This document shows positions 28,186-28,975 of a DNA stretch of 28,975 nucleotides, piece by piece (within the stretch, counting starts at the first letter, position 1; each line of letters starts with the position of its first letter). The notes beneath the pieces are model-generated. The model did not search any database, was not told the origin of the DNA, and saw nothing but the letters and a program-made list of their open reading frames with translations. Both the position numbers and the translations under genes were made by a program. Location of the stretch: the NCBI GenBank assembly GCA_038209745.1, contig JBBQXJ010000062.1, forward strand, positions 1 through 28,975, read 5' to 3'. This DNA comes from Verrucomicrobiota bacterium. GTDB lineage: Bacteria; Verrucomicrobiota; Verrucomicrobiia; Limisphaerales; CANJSG01.

Positions 28186-28890
28186 TTGCCGTGGGCGCCG
28201 GTGGCCGGATGGGAGGACGGTTTTTCGCTGCTGATCGACAACACCCACGGCAACGACGTCTCCGATGGGAGCGCGAACTCGGAGCAGGTTCGGGCCATCG
28301 GCCGGCAGATGCAGGGTTTGCGACCGCACGCCATCACCTTCTATGAGGTCCCGTATCCGTTGTCGTGGGAGATGCCGAACTTCGTGGCCCCGTTCCTGCC
28401 CGGCGATCACCTGGCGGGCAACCCGGGAACGGACGGCTTGATCCGGAGCGTGATTTTCAGCCGGTTTCCCATTTCGCGGTCCACGAAATGGTTGGACAGG
28501 CGTCAGTCTCGCGGACTTCGGCAACGCAGCGGCTGCACTCGTGACCTGTTCGATGCCGAGAGCGAAGTCCCCATTCTCTGCCAGCCGTTGCAGGCCTTTA
28601 CCACGCACTTGAAGTCCGGGCAGGATGCCGCTTCATCGGCACGACGGGCTGGAGAAGCGTAGGCCATTTCGAACTTCTTCGTCACGGTGTTTTTGCCCGC
28701 GAATCCGAATCGTCCCTCCGTGCTGACGCACGACATGAAAGAGGACGTGGCGTCTCCGCCTTCGGGCACGGGCCATCCGTTTTCCAGCATGGTTTCAGGG
28801 CCGACGGATCTGCGGACGACCACGCCCGTGAATCCGCAGACGGGCAGCGCGCGGACCTTCTCGATCCAAGCGACCGGGTCAGTTCCCTCG
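28186..28890 (+). pseudogene. Eroded endonuclease/exonuclease/phosphatase (EEP) family gene
   Basis: EEP-like motifs with decayed catalytic residues (LLIDN for TYN, AITFYEV for DIITFQEI, HDMKED for GDxN), SRFPI, FTTHLKSG; in-frame TAG 28660-28662; no C-terminal DY/SDH motifs found. Confidence 0.7.
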
Positions 28891-28975
28891 TCCACGTTTG
28901 ACGGGGCGTGTTCGCGAACAAGAGTTTTAGGTTCCTCGCTGTTTTCAGTGGGTAGAGGGTAGGAGATGGGTCAGC

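Noticed and set aside
23015..28662. Stop-codon reassignment or readthrough explaining in-frame stops in the remnants
   Set aside because: Stops are mixed (TAA and TAG), come with frameshifts and lost catalytic residues, and intact genes (arsC, DAACS, LuxR) end normally at TAG.

Overview
GC-rich bacterial chromosomal segment, most likely Verrucomicrobiota (PVC superphylum). The main taxonomic evidence is a 51-aa PVC-type small basic protein at 24120-24275 that the ORF track misses. Left to right: a 5'-truncated propeller/helical-barrel protein; a GYF_2 membrane protein; an unusual LuxR-type regulator (two 68-aa N-terminal repeats, Asp-less receiver, HTH) behind nagB, with a divergent PIG-L deacetylase; a minus-strand envelope cluster (PQQ-like propeller, two paralogous double-SmpA/OmlA-like lipoproteins with a shared promoter-like leader, a secreted protein, DUF1080); a tightly coupled arsenic operon arsM-sigZ-aquaporin-arsC with a Cys-tailed ECF sigma factor and no arsR in the window; an HD hydrolase, DAACS symporter, frameshifted DUF2330-like gene, mpl, C39-like peptidase, metallophosphoesterase, hexose-6-P mutarotase, DUF5679, apaG, EamA, tRNA-Arg(ACG), MFS transporter, and three eroded pseudogenes. 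No CRISPR array, integrase or transposase was seen. The best candidates for undescribed biology are (1) a possible arsenite-responsive ECF sigma factor replacing ArsR and (2) the LuxR regulator with a duplicated domain resembling integrase arm-binding modules. All family calls are by motif recognition; no database search was run.
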